Source: Candidatus Sumerlaeales bacterium (GTDB lineage Bacteria > Sumerlaeota > Sumerlaeia > Sumerlaeales > Sumerlaeaceae). From it: a stretch of 64,000 nucleotides of DNA. The notes under the pieces were generated by a model. It was not told the DNA's origin. It made no database searches and saw nothing but the letters and a program-made list of their open reading frames with translations. Of this stretch, positions 28,137 through 37,117 are shown piece after piece. Numbering within the stretch: the first letter of the stretch is position 1; every line of letters begins with the position of its first letter. The stretch spans positions 33,445-97,444 of the forward strand of contig JBBSQY010000007.1 of the NCBI GenBank assembly GCA_038243585.1, read 5' to 3'. Position numbers and translations under genes: made by a program.

Positions 28137-31100
28137 CTAATCGACCACTTTTAGCACTGTTTCGTCTGCGTTGGCGCGGAGCGGTGGGAAATACATGGCG
28201 TAGCCGGTGGTGGGCATGGCGTGAAATGTCCCGGGGATTTCTGCGCGGATGTTGTAGGTCAGGGTGTGTTCGCCCTGGCGCAGAGTTGTTATGAAGAACG
28301 CGGTCCAGGCGTCGCGCAGTTCCATGTTCGACACCAGGCCGTTGCCGTATTTTGACCCGCTTTGTAGATCGACCGCTTCCATCCCGGCGGGCTTGGGATC
28401 TTCAAAGACGAGGTATTCGTAATCGTTGAGAGACTTGATCTTCAGGGTCACGCGCAGTTCGTCGCCGCTCTTCAGCGGGTCGCCCTCTTTCAGGGGAAGC
28501 CACTTGTCGCGGTAGATGACCGAGGCTTTACCGTTGACGGTTTCCGTGGTTTGTTCGCGATCGAGGATCTCATAGGCACGGGTGACGTAGATTTCATTGC
28601 CCGCTTTTTTGATGTCCTCTTCCAGGGTAAAATACTCGGCGTAGATGGAGTAGTAAACGTTTCCTTCGCCCTCGACGGTGAAGCTGAGGGGGAAGTCGCC
28701 GTCGGGAATGGCGTCGCCTCGCAGAGTGATGCGGCCGTCAAAATCCCAAAAATTCTCAGGAGTTACTTCCAGCGTCTTGATCAGTTCTCCGCCAGCGCGA
28801 ACCTGGATTTTGACCGGCTTTGCGGCTTCTTTGCGCTGGAGCATATACTGGGTGAGGGCCAGCACGGATTGGGCGGTGTCACGGGTGCTTTTCCAGCGGC
28901 CGCCCTGACGGTTCAGCACCAGCCACTTCATGGCCTGGTCAACGACAGGGTCGTCCGGCTTCAGGTCGAGGTAGGCCATCAGGCCAACGGCGGTGGCTTC
29001 GACGGGGTCGTCGTACCAGCGCCAGCCGCCGTCGATGCGGCCCCAGCGGAGGGTGTTGTTTTCAGGGGAAAAGACGGCCATGTTCACCATGTTGCGCAGC
29101 ACGACTTCCGCGTCGGGCGTGCGGCCGAGCTTGCCAAGGGTGCGGGCAAGCATAGCGAGGCCGTGGGCGCTCAGCTTGTCGCGACGTGACCACAGAAGTT
29201 CCACCGTGCGCGATGACGACTGGTTGTTCAGGGTAAGCACGTACTCCGCAAACATCAGGTTGTGGAGATTGTTGGGATACCAGTAGGTATCTCGTTCATC
29301 GCCAAGGCTTTTGCTGGTCGTGTCGTCGCGTAGCTCGGATAGGCGGCGCAGTCCACTGTCCATCATGGCGGGTTCCACGGTCACTTCGGCGTCGCGGGCG
29401 AGGGTGAGACCGTACATGACGTAGCTGGTCATGTAGAGATTCTCCGCGTCCTCCGCCCACCAGCCCCAACCGCCGGATGGAAGCTGCATGTCGCTCAGGC
29501 GCTTGAGGCTTTCCGCTGTTACTTTCGGCAGGCGTTCCTGCATGGATTGATCCAGAGGGTAGCCGAGCACCTGGAACGCGCGGGCGGCGACGGCGGCGGG
29601 CATAAACCGGCTCATGGTCTGCTCGACGCATCCGTAGGGGTAGTCAATCATGTAGGGGATAGCTTCGCGGATGGAGGAGGCGAGGGAGGGATTCACGATG
29701 ATGTCGAGTCGGGTGGTTTCCTTTATGCGCTCCACAGGGAGGGAGACCGTTTGCGTTATGATGCGGGCCGTGCCGGAGGTTTCGACGGTGACGCCTGTTG
29801 TAGCTTCGTCGCGGGACGTGCCGTTCCAGGCTACGAATTTATCAATGCCGTGGGGCATCAGCGGCACGGTTGTCTGCATGGCGTCGCTGCCGCCGGGCGA
29901 CAGCGCCATGAGATTCAGGATGGCTTCGCCGGGTTGGGCTGATTTGACGTTAACGGTCCAGTCGACCCGCTTTTCGCCGCCGGCTGGGACGGTGACGGTC
30001 TGGGTGTTGCCCATGAAATTCTCGTTGCCGCCGCCGGGCAGAGGCATGGTCGTCGCGCCGTCGAGGGCGACGCCCTGCGTGCGCAGGGTCGCTTCCATGC
30101 TTAGATCGGCGTTTGTATAGTTGTGCAGATTACCGGAGATGGTAACGCTGTCGCGTTCGCGGAAGAACCGCGGCGCCTGAAGCCGCGCCAGCACTTTCTT
30201 TCTGGCGACGGTATCTGTGGTTACGTTTCCAACGCGGGTATCGGCGGTCAGGCCGACGGCAACCATGCGCCATGTGGTGAGGGAGTCCGGATATTTTATG
30301 TCGACCGTCGCACTGCCAGCGGCGTCCGTGCGGATGGTGGGCGACCAGAACATGCTGTCGCGGAAGTCTGCGCGGATGGCGGGCGTTTCAATTCCCAGTT
30401 CTGCTTTAGCCTCAGCAGAATTGTCAAAGTCGCCCACCATGATATCCGGCAGGCCACTTATCACGGGCGCAGCCTTTGCCGCTGGCGCCGCTTCCGCCAT
30501 GGCCATGGCCGGCACCCCTGCGGTGCGGCTGCTTTTACTAAGAGACTTGTCTCGAAACGCCATTTCTTGTCCGGGTACTTCAAAGCGGAACAAGTTGTTT
30601 TCGCCGTCGCCTGCCATGTTCAGGTATCCCGACGCCGGAATAAGAAACCTTCCGTAGGAGCCAGAACTATTTATGGACGCACGAACATCGCTGCGCAGCG
30701 GGCGCTTCATGCCGTAGAACATGCGGCGAATGTCGGGCCGGGTGTCCGGCGCGATGTATGTGATGGCCTGGTCAAAAATCGAGAGGGACAGTTCCGCCGC
30801 TACAGGCGCGCCGGCCTCGTCCGTTGCGCGGATGGACACCTGGCCTGTTTCGCCGGGCTCAACGGTGGACTTTGCCGGCACGACTTCCACGTTGATCACC
30901 CGCGACGTGGGCGGGACGATCAGTTCGACTTCGTCGGTAATAATCGTCTTGTCGCGCACCGCCACGATGTGTATCATGCTGTTGGGCACAAACGCTTCAG
31001 TAATGGGTATTGAAACAAAGTTTGTCCGGTGGAGAAGGGGCAGGACCTGCTTGTGAAGATTGCCGCTGCCGGTGTCGATCCAATACCACGCTACGGCATC

Positions 31101-33899
31101 TTTGAACTCACTGAGGATCATGATGCGGGCGGTCTCGCCTACGGTGTAGAGGGTTTTATCTGTGATGATTTCCACGCCCTGGTAGCGGGTGGCGATATCC
31201 GTGTCGTCGGGCGATGCTGAGTAAAAACTGGCATAGGCGACAGACTCGCCGCCGAAGGGATCGGCCGCAATATAGGCGAACCGCAGCCGCCCGTGAAGGT
31301 CCTCTGCCACGCGCCAATCCAGCACCAGGGAACCACTCGCCTCAATAGAAACCGCCTGGCTGGACACAGTGGTGACGTCATCCTCTTCGGCCTTTTCGTT
31401 CCACATCAGCTTTTCTATGTAGAGCGTGCCGCTGCTGGGGACGGGCTTGTCGGCCAGATTTAACGACTTCAGTTCTACCCGCGCATTATCGCCCGGCGTG
31501 ACGATTGTCCGCTGGGTTTTGGCGGCGAGATTCAACGCTTTGAGGCCGACGGGGATTACCTGGCTGGCGTCGATGTTGCGCCGGCTGGCATCTGTGACGG
31601 TGACCTCGACCTGAAAATCCCAGGTGGAAGGGGACGGCGGCCAGAACATGCGGCGGCTGGCGCCGTCGCCGCCGTGAAGAGAATTTTCGGTCGGTTGCAA
31701 CTCGTTATCGGGCACAGTGGAATCAAAGGTGAGGGTGAAATTGCCATCGGCATCCAGCTTGCCTTCCCCTTGAGAAACGATGACGCCGCCGCTGCCGTGC
31801 ATTACGGGAGGGCGCTCCGGTGCTTCCTCAAACCAGCCTAAATCGCGGTCGTCCAGATTCCAGCTCATATTGTCCCACATCGTGCGAAAGCGGGGGCTAC
31901 GGCGAACCGTGTATTTCACTGTGCCGTCTGTCACTGGCGATCCGAAGAGATACTTCGCTTCGACCCGCGCCTTGACCGGCTGGCCAACGCGAGCGAAATC
32001 GTCTGCCGACTCCACCGACACTTCAAATTCCGGCTTTTTGTATTCTTCTACGCGAAACTGGCTGTTTCCAAAATGATTCTGCCGCTGGTCCAGAATTTGA
32101 ATTTGATACTGTCCGAGAGGCGCTCCCGCGATCAAATCGATTTCGCCTTCCAGGGTTCCGAATTCAGACAGCTTCATATCCTTTTGATCAAGCACGTCCT
32201 GTCCCTTCGGATCTCGGACCTTCACCTGGTATGTCATTCCCGTGGGCACCCGGTACTCGCCGCCAGCCTGGTTGCGTAAAATGGCGCGCCAGTAGACTTT
32301 TTGCTCAGGCCGATATACTGGACGATCCGTATAGAGGTATGTGTGAGGCTGTTCCTGTTCACGACCGTGATTAAACCGGGACCAGTGAAAGTTATCAAGG
32401 AGCGCAATGTTGTCACCGCTCGCAGCAACGGCGAAAAGCTGGCCGTTGACGCTTTCACCTTTAAACTCGGCGAACCCATCACTGCCGCTTTCTAAATTGT
32501 CGAATTCTGAAAAATACTGAAAGCTCTTTCCTGTCAGCCAATGATTATCGTTTTTCTGGTTGTGGGCGACGGTGATCGCGGCGCTCGCGCGCGGGCGACC
32601 GGTTTTGGCGTCAACGGTCCAGAACTCATATCCCTGGGGGCCGGTGTTGCCCACCAGCACCAGATCGCTAATTACCAGCATCGCATTGCAGGTGATTTTA
32701 CCGTCTACTTCCGCGCGCAGAACGTAAACGCCGGCCTTTTTAATGTTAAGCGTTACGGTGCGGGTGGTCGAATGAAAATCGCCGTTGTCTTCTACGGAGA
32801 CGTTTTCAGTAAACGTCGGCTTGCCCGTCACCGATTTCAGATCGAGGTCAGTAGTTTTTTGCCGTTGAAGTTCCTTCATTACGTTAAAAGGTGTGGCGGT
32901 GAACCGTACGCGACTGGTGTTTCTGGCGGTCAGGTTAAAGGTTATTTTTTCCCCTGGCAGGAACTGGCCCGACAGGGAAAAGATTGCTTCTGAGCGCTTT
33001 ATCTTTACGATTTCCTCCGCCGCCATGCCGGCTTCTTCAGCGCCGGCGAACTGGCTGACCAGCATCGCTAATTCGTAGAGGGCAGGTTCGAATTGCTGGA
33101 GGGAGATATAATGTTGGGCCACTTGCCATTGCGCGGTGGCGGCGGCGCGGGTGCGCGGAAACTCTGCGACGATGCCGCGCCATCCCGCTAACTTGTTATC
33201 GACAGGACGATCTGGCGTTTGAGCGGTCAAGGCTCCCTGGCGGCGGAGCTGCACGTCTGCAATTACCTCCTCCTGCCCTTCCAGAAGAGGAATGACTTTG
33301 TCAAAAAACGAGAGAATGTAAGCGCGATCGGATTCCTCCGGATAACGCAGCGTCGGCAGCTGGCTTTTGATCACATCCATGTAGAAATCAGCAAGGTCAG
33401 CCGGCTTTAGATCCGTGAGAATGCGATCAGCGGCGCGGAGATTCTTTAATGGATTGGTGGTGGAAACATCCAGCCATCGGTTTTGGTCGAGTCCATCCTG
33501 TGATCGCCAGAGCGCTCGCCCGGCCCAGACATCGGAAGGATTCTCTGCAATAAGGGCCTCGAATACGGCTGCGGCCTGGGGATTGTTATGGAGATGCAGC
33601 AGCGCCTGTCCCTTGATATATTGCAGCTCGCGATTCTCATCTGCGGTCAAGGTAGCGGTATCGGATTCATCCGCAGTATCGACGGCGAGCTTCCACGATT
33701 TTTCTTCAAAGTAGAAGCGAGCGGTTTCCAAAGTGCCAGAATTGGGTGGCGTCGCGACCACATGAACGGGAGCGTCGGCATCCGCTTGAAGAACCGCAGG
33801 AGGCGAGCCAGGCGCACCATAGCCAACCGCCCGTTCTGGCTTTGCCTGGATTGTTAACGTGGCAACGGATATACAAACGGCGCAAAGCAGATGTTTCAT
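28137..33899 (-). CDS. Bacterial alpha-2-macroglobulin family protein with N-terminal TPR-like region
   Basis: YTDRPVYRP (MG2), FRVEEYKKPEF, IRADF...FWSP, PDSLTTW, APRFF, thioester YPYGCVEQ, A2M C-terminal domain. Confidence 0.93.
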   Translation of the reverse strand: MKHLLCAVCISVATLTIQAKPERAVGYGAPGSPPAVLQADADAPVHVVATPPNSGTLETARFYFEEKSWKLAVDTADESDTATLTADENRELQYIKGQALLHLHNNPQAAAVFEALIAENPSDVWAGRALWRSQDGLDQNRWLDVSTTNPLKNLRAADRILTDLKPADLADFYMDVIKSQLPTLRYPEESDRAYILSFFDKVIPLLEGQEEVIADVQLRRQGALTAQTPDRPVDNKLAGWRGIVAEFPRTRAAATAQWQVAQHYISLQQFEPALYELAMLVSQFAGAEEAGMAAEEIVKIKRSEAIFSLSGQFLPGEKITFNLTARNTSRVRFTATPFNVMKELQRQKTTDLDLKSVTGKPTFTENVSVEDNGDFHSTTRTVTLNIKKAGVYVLRAEVDGKITCNAMLVISDLVLVGNTGPQGYEFWTVDAKTGRPRASAAITVAHNQKNDNHWLTGKSFQYFSEFDNLESGSDGFAEFKGESVNGQLFAVAASGDNIALLDNFHWSRFNHGREQEQPHTYLYTDRPVYRPEQKVYWRAILRNQAGGEYRVPTGMTYQVKVRDPKGQDVLDQKDMKLSEFGTLEGEIDLIAGAPLGQYQIQILDQRQNHFGNSQFRVEEYKKPEFEVSVESADDFARVGQPVKARVEAKYLFGSPVTDGTVKYTVRRSPRFRTMWDNMSWNLDDRDLGWFEEAPERPPVMHGSGGVIVSQGEGKLDADGNFTLTFDSTVPDNELQPTENSLHGGDGASRRMFWPPSPSTWDFQVEVTVTDASRRNIDASQVIPVGLKALNLAAKTQRTIVTPGDNARVELKSLNLADKPVPSSGTLYIEKLMWNEKAEEDDVTTVSSQAVSIEASGSLVLDWRVAEDLHGRLRFAYIAADPFGGESVAYASFYSASPDDTDIATRYQGVEIITDKTLYTVGETARIMILSEFKDAVAWYWIDTGSGNLHKQVLPLLHRTNFVSIPITEAFVPNSMIHIVAVRDKTIITDEVELIVPPTSRVINVEVVPAKSTVEPGETGQVSIRATDEAGAPVAAELSLSIFDQAITYIAPDTRPDIRRMFYGMKRPLRSDVRASINSSGSYGRFLIPASGYLNMAGDGENNLFRFEVPGQEMAFRDKSLSKSSRTAGVPAMAMAEAAPAAKAAPVISGLPDIMVGDFDNSAEAKAELGIETPAIRADFRDSMFWSPTIRTDAAGSATVDIKYPDSLTTWRMVAVGLTADTRVGNVTTDTVARKKVLARLQAPRFFRERDSVTISGNLHNYTNADLSMEATLRTQGVALDGATTMPLPGGGNENFMGNTQTVTVPAGGEKRVDWTVNVKSAQPGEAILNLMALSPGGSDAMQTTVPLMPHGIDKFVAWNGTSRDEATTGVTVETSGTARIITQTVSLPVERIKETTRLDIIVNPSLASSIREAIPYMIDYPYGCVEQTMSRFMPAAVAARAFQVLGYPLDQSMQERLPKVTAESLKRLSDMQLPSGGWGWWAEDAENLYMTSYVMYGLTLARDAEVTVEPAMMDSGLRRLSELRDDTTSKSLGDERDTYWYPNNLHNLMFAEYVLTLNNQSSSRTVELLWSRRDKLSAHGLAMLARTLGKLGRTPDAEVVLRNMVNMAVFSPENNTLRWGRIDGGWRWYDDPVEATAVGLMAYLDLKPDDPVVDQAMKWLVLNRQGGRWKSTRDTAQSVLALTQYMLQRKEAAKPVKIQVRAGGELIKTLEVTPENFWDFDGRITLRGDAIPDGDFPLSFTVEGEGNVYYSIYAEYFTLEEDIKKAGNEIYVTRAYEILDREQTTETVNGKASVIYRDKWLPLKEGDPLKSGDELRVTLKIKSLNDYEYLVFEDPKPAGMEAVDLQSGSKYGNGLVSNMELRDAWTAFFITTLRQGEHTLTYNIRAEIPGTFHAMPTTGYAMYFPPLRANADETVLKVVD

Positions 33900-34038
33900 C
33901 AGCGGAAGGCTCCTATGGGGTTGGGTGTAATTGTAAAGGGAAGCGGTTATTTAATGATTCCCCCATACTGACCACCATAACGAGTAAAAGGTTTGGCGTC
34001 TGCGAAAACTTTCTTTTCAATTGCGCCTGACCCCTAAT

Positions 34039-34065
34039 GAAGTAGCATAGGCGTCCAGCCTGTGT
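34039..34065 (+). repeat. GTAG-type REP element
   Basis: GAAGTAGCATAGGCGTCCAGCCTGTGT. Confidence 0.8.
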
Positions 34066-34132
34066 GGGCATTTTTCGAGCGTTTACCGCAATTGCGTCAC
34101 GTTCTCCGCAATAGCCTTCTGTCTGCCTCTGC

Positions 34133-35560
34133 TTAGGAGTCTTTGACCTGGATTTTAATCCAGCTTTCCTGCGCTTTAGGCAGGTCTATACGGTAGGTGT
34201 TTTTAAAAGCCTCGGCAAATTTTTCTTCTTTTGTAAGACGCGTCACCCATTCGCGCAATTTCTCATGGCCGTACTTACGGTTGAGATGGGTCAAAAAATA
34301 TTTCGAAAGCAGATAGGCAGTTTCCGCCGTCCCCTTATTCTCGATTCCCTTAAAGGACTCTTCGAGTTGCTCGAAGCTGATCTGGTGTCGCGTAAGAGCA
34401 ATTCGCACCTGTTCCTGTTCCCGGTTGTTTTCCCGAAACTGAGGTTCCATCAGCTGGGCAATTCCCTCGTGAAACCAGGCAGGCACTTCCTGCTTCACAT
34501 TCATGGCCAGAACCGCGTGGGTGTACTCGTGAAAAAGGAGGTCGCGCACAAGTTCTGGCGCGCTAAGAAGTTCATCCGTCCGCAGGCGCATCTTGCCGTC
34601 AAAAATGCCGATGGCCCATTCAGGCAGCTTCGCCACTTTGTAAAAATCTTCCTGCGTGTACACCTTCACGTTGACTGCGCGAGCAGGGTAAACTCCCAGG
34701 TCCCGCCCGATCACGGTATAGGCGTCGTTCAGCATGGCAAGCACCTCGGATATAGAGGTGCCACCGTTATAGTCGGCATACTGGAGAACGAAACGTTTTT
34801 CATCGTCAATAACCCGGTGGAAGCGGGATTCCAGGCCGGATTCATCCTGAATCATTTGAAGGCGGTTTTCCAGGTAATCTTTGTTTTCCTGGCTAACGGG
34901 TAAGGCGGCGGAATAGCTGCGGGCGGCACCGGCATAATCGTTGGATTCATAGGCGAGATCGCCAAGAGAGACATGGGCCACACCGTTTTTGCTGTCTAGG
35001 CGAACGGCCTGATCCAGCGATTTGCGGGCGTCGGAGATCTGGTTGCGCTTCATCAGTTCGGTGCCCCATAAGGTGAGCAGGGCGGAGTAGTTTTCGCGAA
35101 TGCTGGTGCGCGCCTTCGCATCGCCAAGCTTGGGCAGGGCCCTGCTGGCTCTCTCAAAGTATCCTTGAGCTTCAACAAAGGCCCGCTCATTGGATTGGTC
35201 CACGCCAAGATTGTTTAGCGTCGACACGTAATTCTTCAGAAGAACCTGATCTTCAGGAGAAAGGCTGAGAGCTTCTTCATAAGCGTCCAGAGCTTCGTCT
35301 GTGTCGCCGGTCGTGCTCATGTGTAGTGCTTTGCTGTTATACGCCGCCAGAAGATTATGGCGGAAGTCTTTGTTCTTCGGGCGACGGTCTACGGCACCGC
35401 GCAGATACGTGATTGCCTCATCATAACGTTTTGCCTTCAGGGCCTCCACGCCGCGAGTGTTGGCCTCGTAGGGTTCCCGACTGTTGAGGACCATGGGGAT
35501 AGCAGCCAGTATAAGACCAAGTAAAGCGACATTTAGCGCTATCAACAGCCAGCGATTCAT
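34133..35560 (-). CDS. TPR-repeat protein with C-terminal peptidase MA-like metallopeptidase domain
   Basis: N-terminal TM anchor, several TPRs, HEYTH...PAWFHEGIA gluzincin motif. Confidence 0.85.
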   Translation of the reverse strand: MNRWLLIALNVALLGLILAAIPMVLNSREPYEANTRGVEALKAKRYDEAITYLRGAVDRRPKNKDFRHNLLAAYNSKALHMSTTGDTDEALDAYEEALSLSPEDQVLLKNYVSTLNNLGVDQSNERAFVEAQGYFERASRALPKLGDAKARTSIRENYSALLTLWGTELMKRNQISDARKSLDQAVRLDSKNGVAHVSLGDLAYESNDYAGAARSYSAALPVSQENKDYLENRLQMIQDESGLESRFHRVIDDEKRFVLQYADYNGGTSISEVLAMLNDAYTVIGRDLGVYPARAVNVKVYTQEDFYKVAKLPEWAIGIFDGKMRLRTDELLSAPELVRDLLFHEYTHAVLAMNVKQEVPAWFHEGIAQLMEPQFRENNREQEQVRIALTRHQISFEQLEESFKGIENKGTAETAYLLSKYFLTHLNRKYGHEKLREWVTRLTKEEKFAEAFKNTYRIDLPKAQESWIKIQVKDS

Positions 35561-35595
35561 AGGTGATTATTTAGCGTGGGGTGTTTGGAAAATTC

Positions 35596-35639
35596 AGTTT
35601 CCCGGGAGGGAGGTGCATGCAGCTTCCTCCCGGGAAACT
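35596..35639 (-). terminator. Hairpin after aceF
   Basis: AGTTTCCCGGGAGG...CCTCCCGGGAAACT 14-bp stem. Confidence 0.65.
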
Positions 35640-35645
35640 AGATAC

Positions 35646-37046
35646 TTAGAAGCCGAGAAAAGCGCCTTCGAAGTTTTCGAGAATTTCGACGAGGCGGGCG
35701 GTGAAGCGGGCGCCTGCGGCACCGTCGACTACACGGTGATCATAGGCGATGCAGAGGGGACAGATGTCGCGTCCGACGACGTTGTTGTCTTTATCGAAGC
35801 GTGGCTTGCGCTGCGACCGTCCGATTCCCATGATGGCGACTTCGGGGGTGTTGATAATCGGGGAGAAATACGTGCCGCCGATACCGCCCAAATTGCTGAT
35901 GGTAAAGGTTCCGCCGCGGAGATCGTCCATGCTGACCTTGCGGTCGCGGGTTTTCTGGGCGAGCTCGTTCAGTTCTTTTGACAGCTCAAGAAGCGGCTTC
36001 TTGTCCACGTCGCGGATGACCGGCACGATGAGGCCGCCGGGAGTATCCACGGCAACGCCGACATGGATGTAATCCTTGTAAATAATTTCCTGATTGGCGG
36101 CGTCATAGGTGCAGTTAAGCTGGGGGAACTCCTTCAACGCCAGCGCAGCCGCCTTGAGGGCGAAAACGGTTAGAGTAAGGGATCCGCCCTGTTCTTTTAC
36201 GCGATCTTTATAGCGCTTCAGCAAGGCAAGCAGATCGGTTATATCTGCATCTGCATATTGATGAACGTGAGGGACCGTACTCCAGCTTTGGTTCATCTTC
36301 TCCGCAATTTTGCGGCGCAGACTGTCGGCTTTTTCCTTACGGATAGGACCAAACTTTGAAAAATCCGGCAATTCGATGGCTGCCACGGCTATGCCGCTAC
36401 CGCCCGTTGATCCACCGCCACGTTTGGCGATATAGCCTTTAATATAAGGATCAAGATCTTCCACGACGATGCGACCATTGCGACCGGAGCCGTGAACAAT
36501 GCCAAGATCCACGCCCAGCTCGCGGGCGATGCGGCGAACAGTGGGACCGGCTGGGATAGGCTCGCCCGGCTCGCGAAGATGGCTGGCCGGAACGGGACGC
36601 TGTCCGTCCTGCTTATCGGTCTTTCCGCCTTCGGGAGCTTTAGCGCTCTCTTTAATGTCCTGTTTTGTATCTTCGGCTTCGCTTGTATCCAGCTCAGGTG
36701 CGCCTGCGGGCTGATCGCCGCTGCCTGCGCTCGCAGGTTTGGATTCTGCGGCAGGCTTGGATTCGGATTTCGCGTCGGCGGGCGCAGCTTCGCCACCCGC
36801 GCCTTCGGCATCAATTTCCAGAATTGCCTCACCCACAGCCACAGTCTGGCCTGGCTTAACCAAAATCTTTGTGACCTTTCCCCTGATGTTCGCGGGAATC
36901 GGAAGTGTCGCTTTTCCCGATTCGACCTCAACCAGGGTGGTGTCTTCATTAATAACGTCTCCGACGTTAACCATGATGCCAACGATTTCGCCTTTATCGA
37001 CGCCTTCTGCCAGTTCCGGAAGTTTTACCTCAGTAGCCATTGCCAT
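35646..37046 (-). CDS. aceF: Pyruvate dehydrogenase E2, dihydrolipoamide acetyltransferase
   Basis: One lipoyl domain (VESGKA), E3-binding PAGPTVRRIARELGV, catalytic DHRVVDG. Confidence 0.9.
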   Translation of the reverse strand: MAMATEVKLPELAEGVDKGEIVGIMVNVGDVINEDTTLVEVESGKATLPIPANIRGKVTKILVKPGQTVAVGEAILEIDAEGAGGEAAPADAKSESKPAAESKPASAGSGDQPAGAPELDTSEAEDTKQDIKESAKAPEGGKTDKQDGQRPVPASHLREPGEPIPAGPTVRRIARELGVDLGIVHGSGRNGRIVVEDLDPYIKGYIAKRGGGSTGGSGIAVAAIELPDFSKFGPIRKEKADSLRRKIAEKMNQSWSTVPHVHQYADADITDLLALLKRYKDRVKEQGGSLTLTVFALKAAALALKEFPQLNCTYDAANQEIIYKDYIHVGVAVDTPGGLIVPVIRDVDKKPLLELSKELNELAQKTRDRKVSMDDLRGGTFTISNLGGIGGTYFSPIINTPEVAIMGIGRSQRKPRFDKDNNVVGRDICPLCIAYDHRVVDGAAGARFTARLVEILENFEGAFLGF

Positions 37047-37117
37047 CCTGTTTACTTAGTTAATATGCGGGGCTTAAATTGTATCGTGTCGCTTTGTGTT
37101 ACTTAGAATAAAGACTC

